This document shows, piece by piece, positions 36,677 to 44,420 of a DNA stretch of 47,425 nucleotides (positions within the stretch are counted from its first letter, which is position 1; the number at the start of each line of letters is the position of its first letter). The notes beneath the pieces are model-generated. The model saw only the letters and a program-made list of their open reading frames with translations, was not told the origin of the DNA and searched no databases. Both the position numbers and the translations under genes were made by a program. Source of the DNA: a virus (Duplodnaviria; Caudoviricetes); IMG/VR virus record IMGVR_UViG_3300043411_000433, positions 1 to 47,425 of that record, one strand, 5' to 3'.

Positions 36677-36830
36677 GCCCTTCGCAGTAACCGAGCCCAT
36701 GCGTCACGGCAAGTTCATTGCCAAGCGCGTAATCCCACATTACAATCCTCGCTCAGCCCGTGCTGGCAATGATGGCTGGGTTTACCGAGTCTTCTGGCTT
36801 CATGCTACCAAAGGTTGGAGGAAGGTATGA
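36669..36830 (+). CDS. Microprotein, 53 aa, ending LHATKGWRKV
   Basis: AAGGAG SD; hand translation; overlaps its neighbours. Confidence 0.55.
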   Translation: MPKPFAVTEPMRHGKFIAKRVIPHYNPRSARAGNDGWVYRVFWLHATKGWRKV

Positions 36831-36970
36831 TCTATGTACATTATTGGCTCTATCAAGGCAAAAGCTCCTACTTCCATTGGGGCGAAACTGACAGAGCTTG
36901 GGAGCACGAATATTCATCTGAATGCCAATGGATAGTCCCCAACACATGGACTGACGCAGACTGGGCCTGA
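36827..36970 (+). CDS. Trp-rich acidic microprotein, 47 aa
   Basis: GGAGG SD; ATGA coupling; MIYVHYWLYQG...WTDADWA*. Confidence 0.5.
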   Translation: MIYVHYWLYQGKSSYFHWGETDRAWEHEYSSECQWIVPNTWTDADWA

Positions 36971-37031
36971 TCTGTGTTAGGCCGCATTCAGCATACCGCA
37001 TTCAGCATACTCTAACCAACGGAGAACCCAA

Positions 37032-37181
37032 ATGTCCAATCGTGTTAATCTTTCTATCCACCCTCGCAACTGGCCCGAGCAGTACTGCCCCGGTCGGGAG
37101 AAGTCTACCCGGTGCACTAAGCCGCCGAGGCGACAGCGAGCTAAGGATTTTGTAACCAAGCAAGCATCAGCCAAGTCCTGA
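37032..37181 (+). CDS. Basic microprotein, 49 aa
   Basis: CGGAG SD; MSNRVNLSIHPRNWPEQYCPG... Confidence 0.5.
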   Translation: MSNRVNLSIHPRNWPEQYCPGREKSTRCTKPPRRQRAKDFVTKQASAKS

Positions 37182-37193
37182 CGGAGCAAGCTA

Positions 37194-37415
37194 ATGAATT
37201 ACGATCTTATCAAGGCTGATCCAGATTGGGAAATTGACGGAATAGCTTATCGTCAGCTTGCTAGCGATAATATAGCCAAGCAAGTTCTAGCTTCGCCACG
37301 TAATGAAGGATGCTCACCATTCTATTGGTTTCGGCTGGCTAATGGTGATCTTATTCTTGGCGTGTATCCTCAGGCAGATACATATATGGAAACCGAATCA
37401 GATAGAAGCATCTGA
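37194..37415 (+). CDS. Hypothetical early protein, 73 aa
   Basis: GGAG SD; WFRLANGDLILGVYPQ motif. Confidence 0.7.
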   Translation: MNYDLIKADPDWEIDGIAYRQLASDNIAKQVLASPRNEGCSPFYWFRLANGDLILGVYPQADTYMETESDRSI

Positions 37416-37462
37416 CAATTAATCCATGTGGCTGGTAACCCCAGCCACATCAGTTAGTTGTC
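37414..37462 (+). other. Long intergenic hairpin (processing site or terminator-like)
   Basis: ATGTGGCTGG/CCAGCCACAT 10-bp stem, extended by GACAATTAA/TTAGTTGTC. Confidence 0.55.
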
Positions 37463-37508
37463 CGGTAACGCGGAATTGCCGTCATCAGTTTAACCACGGA
37501 GCAAGCCA

Positions 37509-37733
37509 ATGCAAATGTTTTTCATAATCAAAGGCACACGCCATGACGCTGAAATTGGTGCGATTAAGCGTAAGATAGATTGCACTATAGATGCCGAAAG
37601 CCCCGGCATGCAGGTTTATTGCTATGCACCAATGTCAGAAAAGAATAAAATCATTAACTGGTATTGCGAAGATGCTGGCATAGCAAAGCAGGCTGCGCCG
37701 GGCGAATGCTTATGGTATACTGAACGCCCTTGA
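37509..37733 (+). CDS. Hypothetical early protein, 74 aa
   Basis: GGAG SD; open frame in the early operon. Confidence 0.65.
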   Translation: MQMFFIIKGTRHDAEIGAIKRKIDCTIDAESPGMQVYCYAPMSEKNKIINWYCEDAGIAKQAAPGECLWYTERP

Positions 37734-37766
37734 GGCTTGTTAAACCGCCAAAAGCAAAGGTAAACC

Positions 37767-38282
37767 ATGAACCTATTCGTAACCTCCCTATCCCCAACCC
37801 TCGCCGCGCAGTCTCTCTGCGACGTTCGGCTGCGCAAAATGATCCTCGAAACCGCGCAGCTACTCTGCACTGAGCTTCGCCGCCGCGGTGCGGATTATAT
37901 GCCCTACAAGCCAACACATCCGATGCACCCTGTGACCCTAAGCCTACGTAATGACGCGACGTTGCTTTGGGCCGAAGAATATTTCGTTGAGCTTCACAAG
38001 GAATACATTTTTCGATTTGGCAAAGATCACAAATCGTTCGTGGACTGCTTTCCTAAGATCAGCTACGCAATCGGGCAGTTTGTAAATATCAAAGCATCCT
38101 GCCTAATCTTCGCCAACTGCGCTCGTAATGATTCCCTTGGCCTAGACTTCACCCACACCAACATAGTCTATGCTTATCAATTATATCTCTCCGCTCGCTG
38201 GGAACGTGATATTCGCCCGCCAACATGGACAAACCGTGGCGCTCCAGCTTGGCACAAAGCGATCACCGAAAATTCCGCTTGA
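37767..38282 (+). CDS. Pyrimidine dimer DNA glycosylase / endonuclease V-like protein
   Basis: MNLFV..P..AAQSLCD...KMILETAQLL, YKPTHPMHP, EY..RFGK.H and WTNRGAP.W motifs. Confidence 0.75.
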   Translation: MNLFVTSLSPTLAAQSLCDVRLRKMILETAQLLCTELRRRGADYMPYKPTHPMHPVTLSLRNDATLLWAEEYFVELHKEYIFRFGKDHKSFVDCFPKISYAIGQFVNIKASCLIFANCARNDSLGLDFTHTNIVYAYQLYLSARWERDIRPPTWTNRGAPAWHKAITENSA

Positions 38283-38307
38283 CGACGCCGCCGCAATCGG
38301 GTATACT
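38279..38307 (+). promoter_or_regulatory. Near-consensus sigma70 promoter
   Basis: TTGACG-17 nt-TATACT. Confidence 0.7.
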
Positions 38308-38491
38308 ACAGGAACAATCGGAGGAGGTAGGGTCCAGCGTCTGCCAAAAGGGATCGAGTGCCCCAGCCTCGCTCCCCTTGGGCAATCGCCCACTAGGACG
38401 TGACATAGATCAGCGATGTATGAGGCTCCGGCCATAGCATACTATCCACGACTGATAGTTCCCGCCTAGCCAACCCAGAGAAGGAAGCATC

Positions 38492-39121
38492 ATGGCTACC
38501 TTGAATATCCCGATTACCAAGGCAGGGTCTGCCTTGTCCATTGATACCGATGCTCTGCCGGAAGAGTCCTTCCGCGCAGTTGTTGAGGCTGGTCTTAAAG
38601 CCATTCTCAATCTCGGTATGTCTAAGATTCTCACCAAGGGCCTCGAAGGCGATCAGCTTTCGGCAGCCAAAGCCGCAGCACTCGCCAAGGCTACTGAGAA
38701 TCTCGAAAACCTCAAGTCCGGCAAGGTCAAGAAAGGCCGTGCCGCTGCTAAGGATGCCAATGGTAACAAGGTTTCTGGCCCGGTCATGACCGAAGCCCGT
38801 CGTCTTGCCAAGGAAGTCGTCAAAAACGAAATCCGCGCCGCTGGCATGAAGATCAGCCACATCGAAGCCTCTGTCATCACCAAGGCTGCGAATGAACTGA
38901 TCGCCGCTGACCCGAGCTTTATCACCAAGGCTCAGGAAAACCTCGAAGCTCGGTCGCAGGTTAAGACCACGATCAATATTTCGACCCTCGTTCACGAGTC
39001 CCCGAAGCTTATTGCCAAGGCCGAAAAGGCCAAGGCCGAGCGCAAGACGCAGCTTTCGGCCAAGCAGGCTGGCAAGGTTGCGCCTCGGAAGTCTCGTAAC
39101 GGCGGTGCACACGCTAACTAA
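38492..39121 (+). CDS. Lys/Ala-rich basic protein, possibly DNA-binding, 209 aa
   Basis: AAGGA SD, dedicated promoter, basic helical composition; function inferred only. Confidence 0.7.
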   Translation: MATLNIPITKAGSALSIDTDALPEESFRAVVEAGLKAILNLGMSKILTKGLEGDQLSAAKAAALAKATENLENLKSGKVKKGRAAAKDANGNKVSGPVMTEARRLAKEVVKNEIRAAGMKISHIEASVITKAANELIAADPSFITKAQENLEARSQVKTTINISTLVHESPKLIAKAEKAKAERKTQLSAKQAGKVAPRKSRNGGAHAN

Positions 39122-39323
39122 GGTGAATGTTTAGGGTTTCGCCCTAGCACTAGGTTGAGCAATAAGCCGTAACGTCAGGATCGGTGCGACGAACAATGAC
39201 GAGGATGCTTAGGATCACCTAGCTCACCCCCAAGAGTGGACCACGGCCCACTCTTTCGATCCCCAGACAGAGGTAGCTGGCACCGAGCCACATAGACCTC
39301 AGTAAACCGAAAGGTATCAGCCA

Positions 39324-39920
39324 ATGACCGACACGACCATTACCCAAGGCTTCATCGAAATGGTTAAGGCTTATGAAGCCAAGCCAGAGCTTGAAGCGCA
39401 GATTGTTAAGCTCACCGAGGACCGAGATTTCTTCGAGCGGCATCTAACAATCGCCAATGACCTGTCTAGCAAACTCTACGCTGACATTGATGCACTCAAC
39501 GCCAAGCTCTTGGAGGTCAGCCGTGAACGCGATGACGCCATGTTTCGCAATCTCGAACTTGAGGAACTCAAGGACAAGATTGGGTCGCTGGCTGGACAGC
39601 TTTTGGGTTCGCTCAAGCAGTCTGATCCGCAATCTACACAGATTGTAATCCAGCCTGAGGCCGCAGGCCCTATCATGTCTCAGAGCGTCGAATCCTCTGA
39701 ACCCATGACTGGCTACCCCGGCCCGATCGATCCGGTTGTAGTCGAGCCACAGCCTAAGGCCCCGCTGCCTTCCCTCTCCCCCGGTGAACCCGATGGCTGG
39801 GAACGTGGCAAGCCTTATTCCTATAAGCCGTGGTACATGACGGATGAGGAATGGGTCGGCCGCGGCGGGTTTGGCCCGCCGCAGGATACGGTGAAATTAG
39901 AGGACGCTTGGGCTTTCTAA
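39324..39920 (+). CDS. Coiled-coil protein with Pro-rich tail
   Basis: AAAGG SD; heptad repeats in the first half. Confidence 0.75.
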   Translation: MTDTTITQGFIEMVKAYEAKPELEAQIVKLTEDRDFFERHLTIANDLSSKLYADIDALNAKLLEVSRERDDAMFRNLELEELKDKIGSLAGQLLGSLKQSDPQSTQIVIQPEAAGPIMSQSVESSEPMTGYPGPIDPVVVEPQPKAPLPSLSPGEPDGWERGKPYSYKPWYMTDEEWVGRGGFGPPQDTVKLEDAWAF

Positions 39921-39930
39921 TCCTTTGACC

Positions 39931-39957
39931 TTGGGGGTGGGTGCGATCCACCCCCAA
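39931..39957 (+). terminator. GC-rich hairpin (no U tract)
   Basis: TTGGGGGTGG-7 nt-CCACCCCCAA, 10 nt after the stop. Confidence 0.45.
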
Positions 39958-39979
39958 TACATAGGACTAGGAGGCAATC

Positions 39980-40138
39980 ATGACCATCACTAACATTCGC
40001 TGGTCCTACTTCTGGACCCCCGCCGCCTGTGGCACAGAAATCCTCTACTCCCGCGATGGCATCCCATCCTGCACCCGAGTCCTATACGAACTATCTGACT
40101 TCGCCAGCGTAGCCCATTTCATATCCCTCCTGCCCTGA
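39980..40138 (+). CDS. Hypothetical microprotein, 52 aa
   Basis: AGGAGG SD; MTITNIRWSYFWTPAACG... Confidence 0.55.
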   Translation: MTITNIRWSYFWTPAACGTEILYSRDGIPSCTRVLYELSDFASVAHFISLLP

Positions 40139-40146
40139 GCCTCGCC

Positions 40147-40440
40147 ATGCCCGCCAGCTTCGCCCCATCCGCCGCGCCAGCCAATGCCCTCCTCATGTGG
40201 ACAGATGGCCGGTCAATCTATATCGAACTTCCCACGGCCCAAGGCATCCCGCCTTGCGTCCTATCCTTTCGCCTCGCCGAACAGGGCCTATCTAAAGCCC
40301 TTGCCATACTCTGCAAACACGCTGATGTCGCAGGCGAACCCGTACTCGCCGCGCCAATGCCCCGTAAAGATTACGTTGGGACTGTCGCGCAGCATTCGTT
40401 GGCAGAAGCCATTTTGCGCAAAATGCGAGTGGTCAAGTGA
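40147..40440 (+). CDS. Hypothetical protein, ending MRVVK
   Basis: Open frame coupled to the next gene by GTGA. Confidence 0.7.
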   Translation: MPASFAPSAAPANALLMWTDGRSIYIELPTAQGIPPCVLSFRLAEQGLSKALAILCKHADVAGEPVLAAPMPRKDYVGTVAQHSLAEAILRKMRVVK

Positions 40441-40748
40441 CTTTCGTAACATCCCTACCTGTAGAATATTATCTTGATAAGATTATCGAGGCAGGCTACT
40501 CCCTAGGCTCCCTCTCCCAATCCCCACGTGGCTGGGAAGTCATCCTCTGGTCCGGCCCGATCGGTTATTCTTCCTACGCCGCCTCAACCGCAGATTCACC
40601 TGCGAAAGCTCTGCATTCCGCCATGCTTCACCTGCAAACCACCGGCGGCACTGAACTCGATTCCAACGCACCAAAGATTAAACTCGACCTGCATTCTTTC
40701 ATTAAATCCATAACTCCACCTGCCGAACCAATCAAACGGAGAATCTAA
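40437..40748 (+). CDS. Hypothetical protein, ending AEPIKRRI
   Basis: Coupled to neighbours on both sides. Confidence 0.7.
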   Translation: MTFVTSLPVEYYLDKIIEAGYSLGSLSQSPRGWEVILWSGPIGYSSYAASTADSPAKALHSAMLHLQTTGGTELDSNAPKIKLDLHSFIKSITPPAEPIKRRI

Positions 40749-40993
40749 TGTCCCACCCGATCGGAGGCACCAAACCAATCCCTCGCCATCAAACATCCGA
40801 AATCATTCGCCTGCTTCGCGAAATCCGAATCGAGCGCGGCATCACCCTCCTAAACCTCGGCATCGACATCGACATCGACGAATCAAACCTCGCCCGATTC
40901 GAGCGCGGCGTCGATGAACCCAAAATCCTTACCATCGAACGCTGGGCCAAATCCCTTGGCTACGAGCTAGACCTGCATCCAATCGAAAGCTAA
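40748..40993 (+). CDS. XRE/Cro-family HTH transcription regulator
   Basis: LREIRIERGITLLNLG..IDESNLARFERG..PKILTIERWAKSLGYEL. Confidence 0.85.
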   Translation: MSHPIGGTKPIPRHQTSEIIRLLREIRIERGITLLNLGIDIDIDESNLARFERGVDEPKILTIERWAKSLGYELDLHPIES

Positions 40994-40998
40994 ACCAA

Positions 40999-41232
40999 AT
41001 GACCTCCAAATACTCCACAACCGGCGGACAAGTCACCCGCGGCGACGCATTCACCAAACTTATCCACCATCTTAACGAAGCCGCAGATCAAGCCGCGGTC
41101 ATGTCTCACCTGCACAATACCGAAGGTAACAAAATGGATGAACTCGTTGCCAGAGGTTGGCTAGGCATTCATGAGCTTCTCCTTCGAACGCGCGCACAGA
41201 TTACCGCGCTCGCCGCGAATAAGTTTCAGTGA
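40999..41232 (+). CDS. Hypothetical helical protein, 77 aa
   Basis: Open frame with the C-rich codon usage of the early arm. Confidence 0.7.
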   Translation: MTSKYSTTGGQVTRGDAFTKLIHHLNEAADQAAVMSHLHNTEGNKMDELVARGWLGIHELLLRTRAQITALAANKFQ

Positions 41233-41283
41233 TGGAGCACCCCATGACCACACCCACCGCCATCGAAGCCTTGGAGCCGGACC

Positions 41284-41541
41284 ATGGGTGACGAGACGAA
41301 ACTACGCGACCGATGCAAGCAAATGTACCAGAAAATGCAAACCAACGCGATGCTGCGGCAGGGCTCGCCAGTCGATGATTTAATGGCGTTCGTCATTGCC
41401 GAGACAGGCAGGACCGCTGACAGCCGCTTGGACGACGCGCTCCCGCTATGCCTCTATTTCGTGTCTGAGCAGGACAGGGAGGATTTCATTGCGCTCGTTA
41501 GAGACGTGAAGCCCATGATGATGACTAAGAGGCTCCCATGA
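41284..41541 (+). CDS. Hypothetical protein, 85 aa
   Basis: GGAG SD; LYF..EQDREDFIALV motif. Confidence 0.65.
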   Translation: MGDETKLRDRCKQMYQKMQTNAMLRQGSPVDDLMAFVIAETGRTADSRLDDALPLCLYFVSEQDREDFIALVRDVKPMMMTKRLP

Positions 41542-41620
41542 GTGACGAGATCGCAAAGCTGGTCGAGCGGTTGCGCGCTCCGCCGCGCCCGTACAGCGCT
41601 GGACAAATCAAAATAATTCC
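41538..41620 (+). pseudogene. Probable truncated gene remnant (MSDEIAKLVERLRA...)
   Basis: Plausible coupled start, but the frame runs through a promoter and the next gene as non-protein-like Arg/Pro sequence. End coordinate approximate. Confidence 0.35.
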
Positions 41621-41639
41621 ATCTGCACCAACTTTCCTC

Positions 41640-41668
41640 TTGCCCTCGCCAGTTAAATCGGGTATAAT
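41640..41668 (+). promoter_or_regulatory. Sigma70 promoter for the helicase/recombination operon
   Basis: TTGCCC-17 nt-TATAAT, followed by ACAATCGGAG SD. Confidence 0.65.
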
Positions 41669-41691
41669 CAGAGACAATCGGAGCTTAGCCA

Positions 41692-41907
41692 ATGGGCACC
41701 ATATCCTTCCGCATCGTCCATCCTTCCTCCCGTCCCTTCACCGACCACACCCTATTCGACGCCGCCATCGATCCACGCCTCGCCGGTGTATTCCCAGACG
41801 ACCCAGCCTTGGGAATTGTTCCAGAAAGGAAAGCCAATGAACCAGCCGCTTCCACCAACCCCTCAGCAAGCCGCGATTCTGGAGAAGGTAAAAACCACCA
41901 ACGATAA
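41692..41907 (+). CDS. Hypothetical protein, 71 aa
   Basis: GGAG SD directly after the promoter; tail overlaps the helicase start. Confidence 0.45.
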   Translation: MGTISFRIVHPSSRPFTDHTLFDAAIDPRLAGVFPDDPALGIVPERKANEPAASTNPSASRDSGEGKNHQR

Positions 41908-43255
41908 TCTCATGATCCGCGCCCGCGCTGGCACCGGCAAGACCACAATGCTCACCATGATCGACCAAGCCCAGCGGTCCTTGCCAGCCCTTCTTATCTG
42001 CTTCAACAAATCCATCGCCGATGAAGCAACCCGCCGCATGAAGGCAACAACCATCGTCCGTACCTTCAACTCCCTCGGCCACCGAATCTGGTCTGACTAC
42101 TGCTCCAAGCGCCTGACCCTGAACAAGAACAAAATCCGCGATATCTTCAAAACCCTAGTCGACGACGCCCCGCGCAACGATCGCAAACACATGTGGACCC
42201 TCTATGACCAAACCATTAGTGTCGTTAATATGGCGAGGTCGGTGGGTTATATCCCGAGTGGACATGCCAAAGAATCAAAATCTCTCTGTACCTTCGGAGA
42301 TGTTGAGCGGCGCATTGATGAAACCTTACTTCCGGGTGTGCAGTACCTCACCGACGAAATCCTCACCGAATCCATCCGCCAAGCCTACGAAGGAATCATA
42401 GACTTCACCGACCAAGCCTACATGCCCTCCCTCTTCGGCGGCAACTATCCCTCCTTCCCCCTCGTGATGATCGATGAATACCAAGACCTTTCTCCTGTCA
42501 ACCGTGCGATGGTCGCCAAGCTCTGCCGACATTCTCGCCAAATCGGCGTCGGCGACGAAGCCCAGTCCATCTACGAATTTCGTGGGGCCGACACCGCCGC
42601 GATGCCAGATGCAGTTGACCAATTCTCTATGGATGTCATGCCGCTGTCAGTTAGCTTTCGGTGCCCCAGCAACATCACTGACAACGTGCGTTGGCGGGTG
42701 CCTGATATTCAAGCCTCGCGCAGCGGAGGTTCTATTCTACGAGGAAGTATACACGATATCGACATGGAATCAACTGTCATCTGTCGATACAACGCACCCC
42801 TTATACACACGGCAATGGAGTTGCTCCAGCGAGGAGTACGAGTCGATGTGGCGGGAGTGGATATCGGGGCTAAAATCATACGATTATTGGGTAAGCTGGG
42901 GGACGAATCCCTATCCCAAGCCGCAACCCTCTCCGCCATCGACGACTGGCAATCCGAACGCGAATCTCTAGATTCCAAAACCGCAGCCGACACCGCCGAA
43001 TGCATGAAGGTCTTTGCTCGCCACGGTCGCACCCTCGCACAAGCAATTGCGTATGCTCGGCATATCTTCGAAGCCCAAGACGGCGAGATTCGTTTCATGT
43101 CCGGTCACAGATCTAAGGGCCTCGAATTCGATCGCGTCTACCACCTTGATTCCGAATCAATCCGTCCCGGAGGTCAGGAAGATAATATTCGCTACGTCAT
43201 CGACACGCGAACCAAAGACGCGTTGATCTATATCTCATCCGACAGGAGGCACTGA
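41837..43255 (+). CDS. Superfamily 1 (UvrD/Rep-like) helicase
   Basis: ARAGTGKTT, MIDEYQD, VGDEAQSIYEFRGAD, SFRCP, HRSKGLEFD; AAGGA SD before ATG 41837. Confidence 0.92.
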   Translation: MNQPLPPTPQQAAILEKVKTTNDNLMIRARAGTGKTTMLTMIDQAQRSLPALLICFNKSIADEATRRMKATTIVRTFNSLGHRIWSDYCSKRLTLNKNKIRDIFKTLVDDAPRNDRKHMWTLYDQTISVVNMARSVGYIPSGHAKESKSLCTFGDVERRIDETLLPGVQYLTDEILTESIRQAYEGIIDFTDQAYMPSLFGGNYPSFPLVMIDEYQDLSPVNRAMVAKLCRHSRQIGVGDEAQSIYEFRGADTAAMPDAVDQFSMDVMPLSVSFRCPSNITDNVRWRVPDIQASRSGGSILRGSIHDIDMESTVICRYNAPLIHTAMELLQRGVRVDVAGVDIGAKIIRLLGKLGDESLSQAATLSAIDDWQSERESLDSKTAADTAECMKVFARHGRTLAQAIAYARHIFEAQDGEIRFMSGHRSKGLEFDRVYHLDSESIRPGGQEDNIRYVIDTRTKDALIYISSDRRH

Positions 43256-43482
43256 TGGCATTAGCAGACACATATTTCAAAATGGCAGCAGACCAAGACG
43301 ATGAAAATCTCAGGATAGTTTTGAGTGCAGCAGGTACAGCAATTCAAAATCTAACCAATAGACTCAATACCCTTGAAACTCGTATTAACAAGCTCGATGC
43401 TTTAGAAGCTTATGGCGTGGATAATTGGGAAGGTTACGACGAGGCAATGCGTTCCATTGCTGACGAAGACGAAGAGGATTAA
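43255..43482 (+). CDS. Hypothetical protein with LEAYGVDNWEGY motif
   Basis: AGGAGG SD; motif commonly seen in small phage proteins. Confidence 0.75.
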   Translation: MALADTYFKMAADQDDENLRIVLSAAGTAIQNLTNRLNTLETRINKLDALEAYGVDNWEGYDEAMRSIADEDEED

Positions 43483-43486
43483 TCCC

Positions 43487-43819
43487 TTGGCCCTTACCGA
43501 TGCCATCGCTGCATACGAAGATTGTGACCGGCTATTCGAGCAAGCCCTCGCCAAACCCAAAGGCATCCGTGTTTGCCTCGGTGCAGGCGAGGACGCCAAG
43601 AAAGCCGCCCACTACCTCCGTATGCGAATGAACCATTTCCGCCAACTCCAGCGCCGAGAGTCCATGAAAATCTACGACCGGTCCGACCCACAACACGGCA
43701 AATCCCTTTACGACAAACTCTACGTCCGCCTAGCCGAAGATGAAGACGGTGAATGGTGGCTCTACATCGACCCCGCCGGGCAGGAAGCCCTGATCGTAGC
43801 AATCGAGGACATCGAATGA
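43487..43819 (+). CDS. Hypothetical protein, ~110 aa
   Basis: GAGG SD before TTG 43487; coupled to the next gene. Confidence 0.7.
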   Translation: MALTDAIAAYEDCDRLFEQALAKPKGIRVCLGAGEDAKKAAHYLRMRMNHFRQLQRRESMKIYDRSDPQHGKSLYDKLYVRLAEDEDGEWWLYIDPAGQEALIVAIEDIE

Positions 43820-44043
43820 AACCGCAGATTATGGAACAACTTTTCGAACGTGCCTTGACAGAAGAACTCGGACTCGTAATCGAAGTATCAAATCCTAAAG
43901 TCTTTGAGCTGGATGCGTCTAAATTCTCGAAAGGCATTGCACGATACGAACCTATAGTGGTCTGCACACCATCTACACCCGATACTGTCATGCTCGTCAA
44001 ACGAACCGTGAGTCTCCACAATGTCGAAGCTCCATCGAACTAA
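43816..44043 (+). CDS. Hypothetical protein, 75 aa
   Basis: GAGG SD; ATGA coupling. Confidence 0.65.
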   Translation: MKPQIMEQLFERALTEELGLVIEVSNPKVFELDASKFSKGIARYEPIVVCTPSTPDTVMLVKRTVSLHNVEAPSN

Positions 44044-44200
44044 CATCAATCTCTACGAAACCGACGTAGATTTCCTTCGCTCCATCTTCGGCCATGGTTG
44101 GACTAATCAGGTTCGAGATTTGGTCGCTAAGAAAGTAAAGGAAATCAAGAAAACCCGGGCAGTCCATAATATTGGCGTGGAGGAATATATCGATGAATGA
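44021..44200 (+). CDS. Putative ribbon-helix-helix DNA-binding protein, 59 aa (absent from the ORF track)
   Basis: MSKLHRTNINLYETDVDFLRSIFGHGWTNQVRDLV...; alternating beta ribbon followed by two helices. Confidence 0.5.
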   Translation: MSKLHRTNINLYETDVDFLRSIFGHGWTNQVRDLVAKKVKEIKKTRAVHNIGVEEYIDE

Positions 44201-44420
44201 ATTTATTAAGTATAGACGCACACAAATTGCTGAAATGCGTCCATGGAAATTTGGTGATGATATAAGCGAAATAAGCATATCAAAACCCGATCAAGAGAAC
44301 GGTTCTCCGCGTGAAGGTGATATGATTGCTCGCAATCCCAAAAACCATGCAGATAAATGGTTAGTGGCGGCACAATATTTTGCCGATAACTTTGAGCCTA
44401 TCGAGATGCCCGATGAATGA
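44193..44420 (+). CDS. Small protein with GDMIARNP..D.WLV..YF..NFE motif
   Basis: GGAGG SD before ATG 44193; AT-richer than its neighbours. Confidence 0.7.
   Translation: MNEFIKYRRTQIAEMRPWKFGDDISEISISKPDQENGSPREGDMIARNPKNHADKWLVAAQYFADNFEPIEMPDE

Larger units (their letters stand above)
36052..36986 (+). repeat. Five dispersed copies of an 18-19 bp motif, consensus TGAGYWTTGTTAGGCTGC
   Basis: Copies start at 36052, 36077, 36350, 36508 and (degenerate) 36968, all at gene boundaries. Confidence 0.85.

Noticed and set aside
36052-36986. Repeated TTGTTAGGCTGC motif as a CRISPR mini-array
   Set aside because: Spacing is irregular (25, 273, 158 and 460 nt), the intervals contain ORFs, the repeat is short and non-palindromic, and there is no cas operon.
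36455-39189. Exact 12-mer GGATCGGTGCGA at 36455 and 39178
   Set aside because: Isolated 12-mer matches are expected by chance in 47 kb; only two copies, in different contexts.
40748-40993. Lysogeny module
   Set aside because: A single XRE gene co-oriented within an operon; no integrase, ParA or divergent cI/cro pair recognised.
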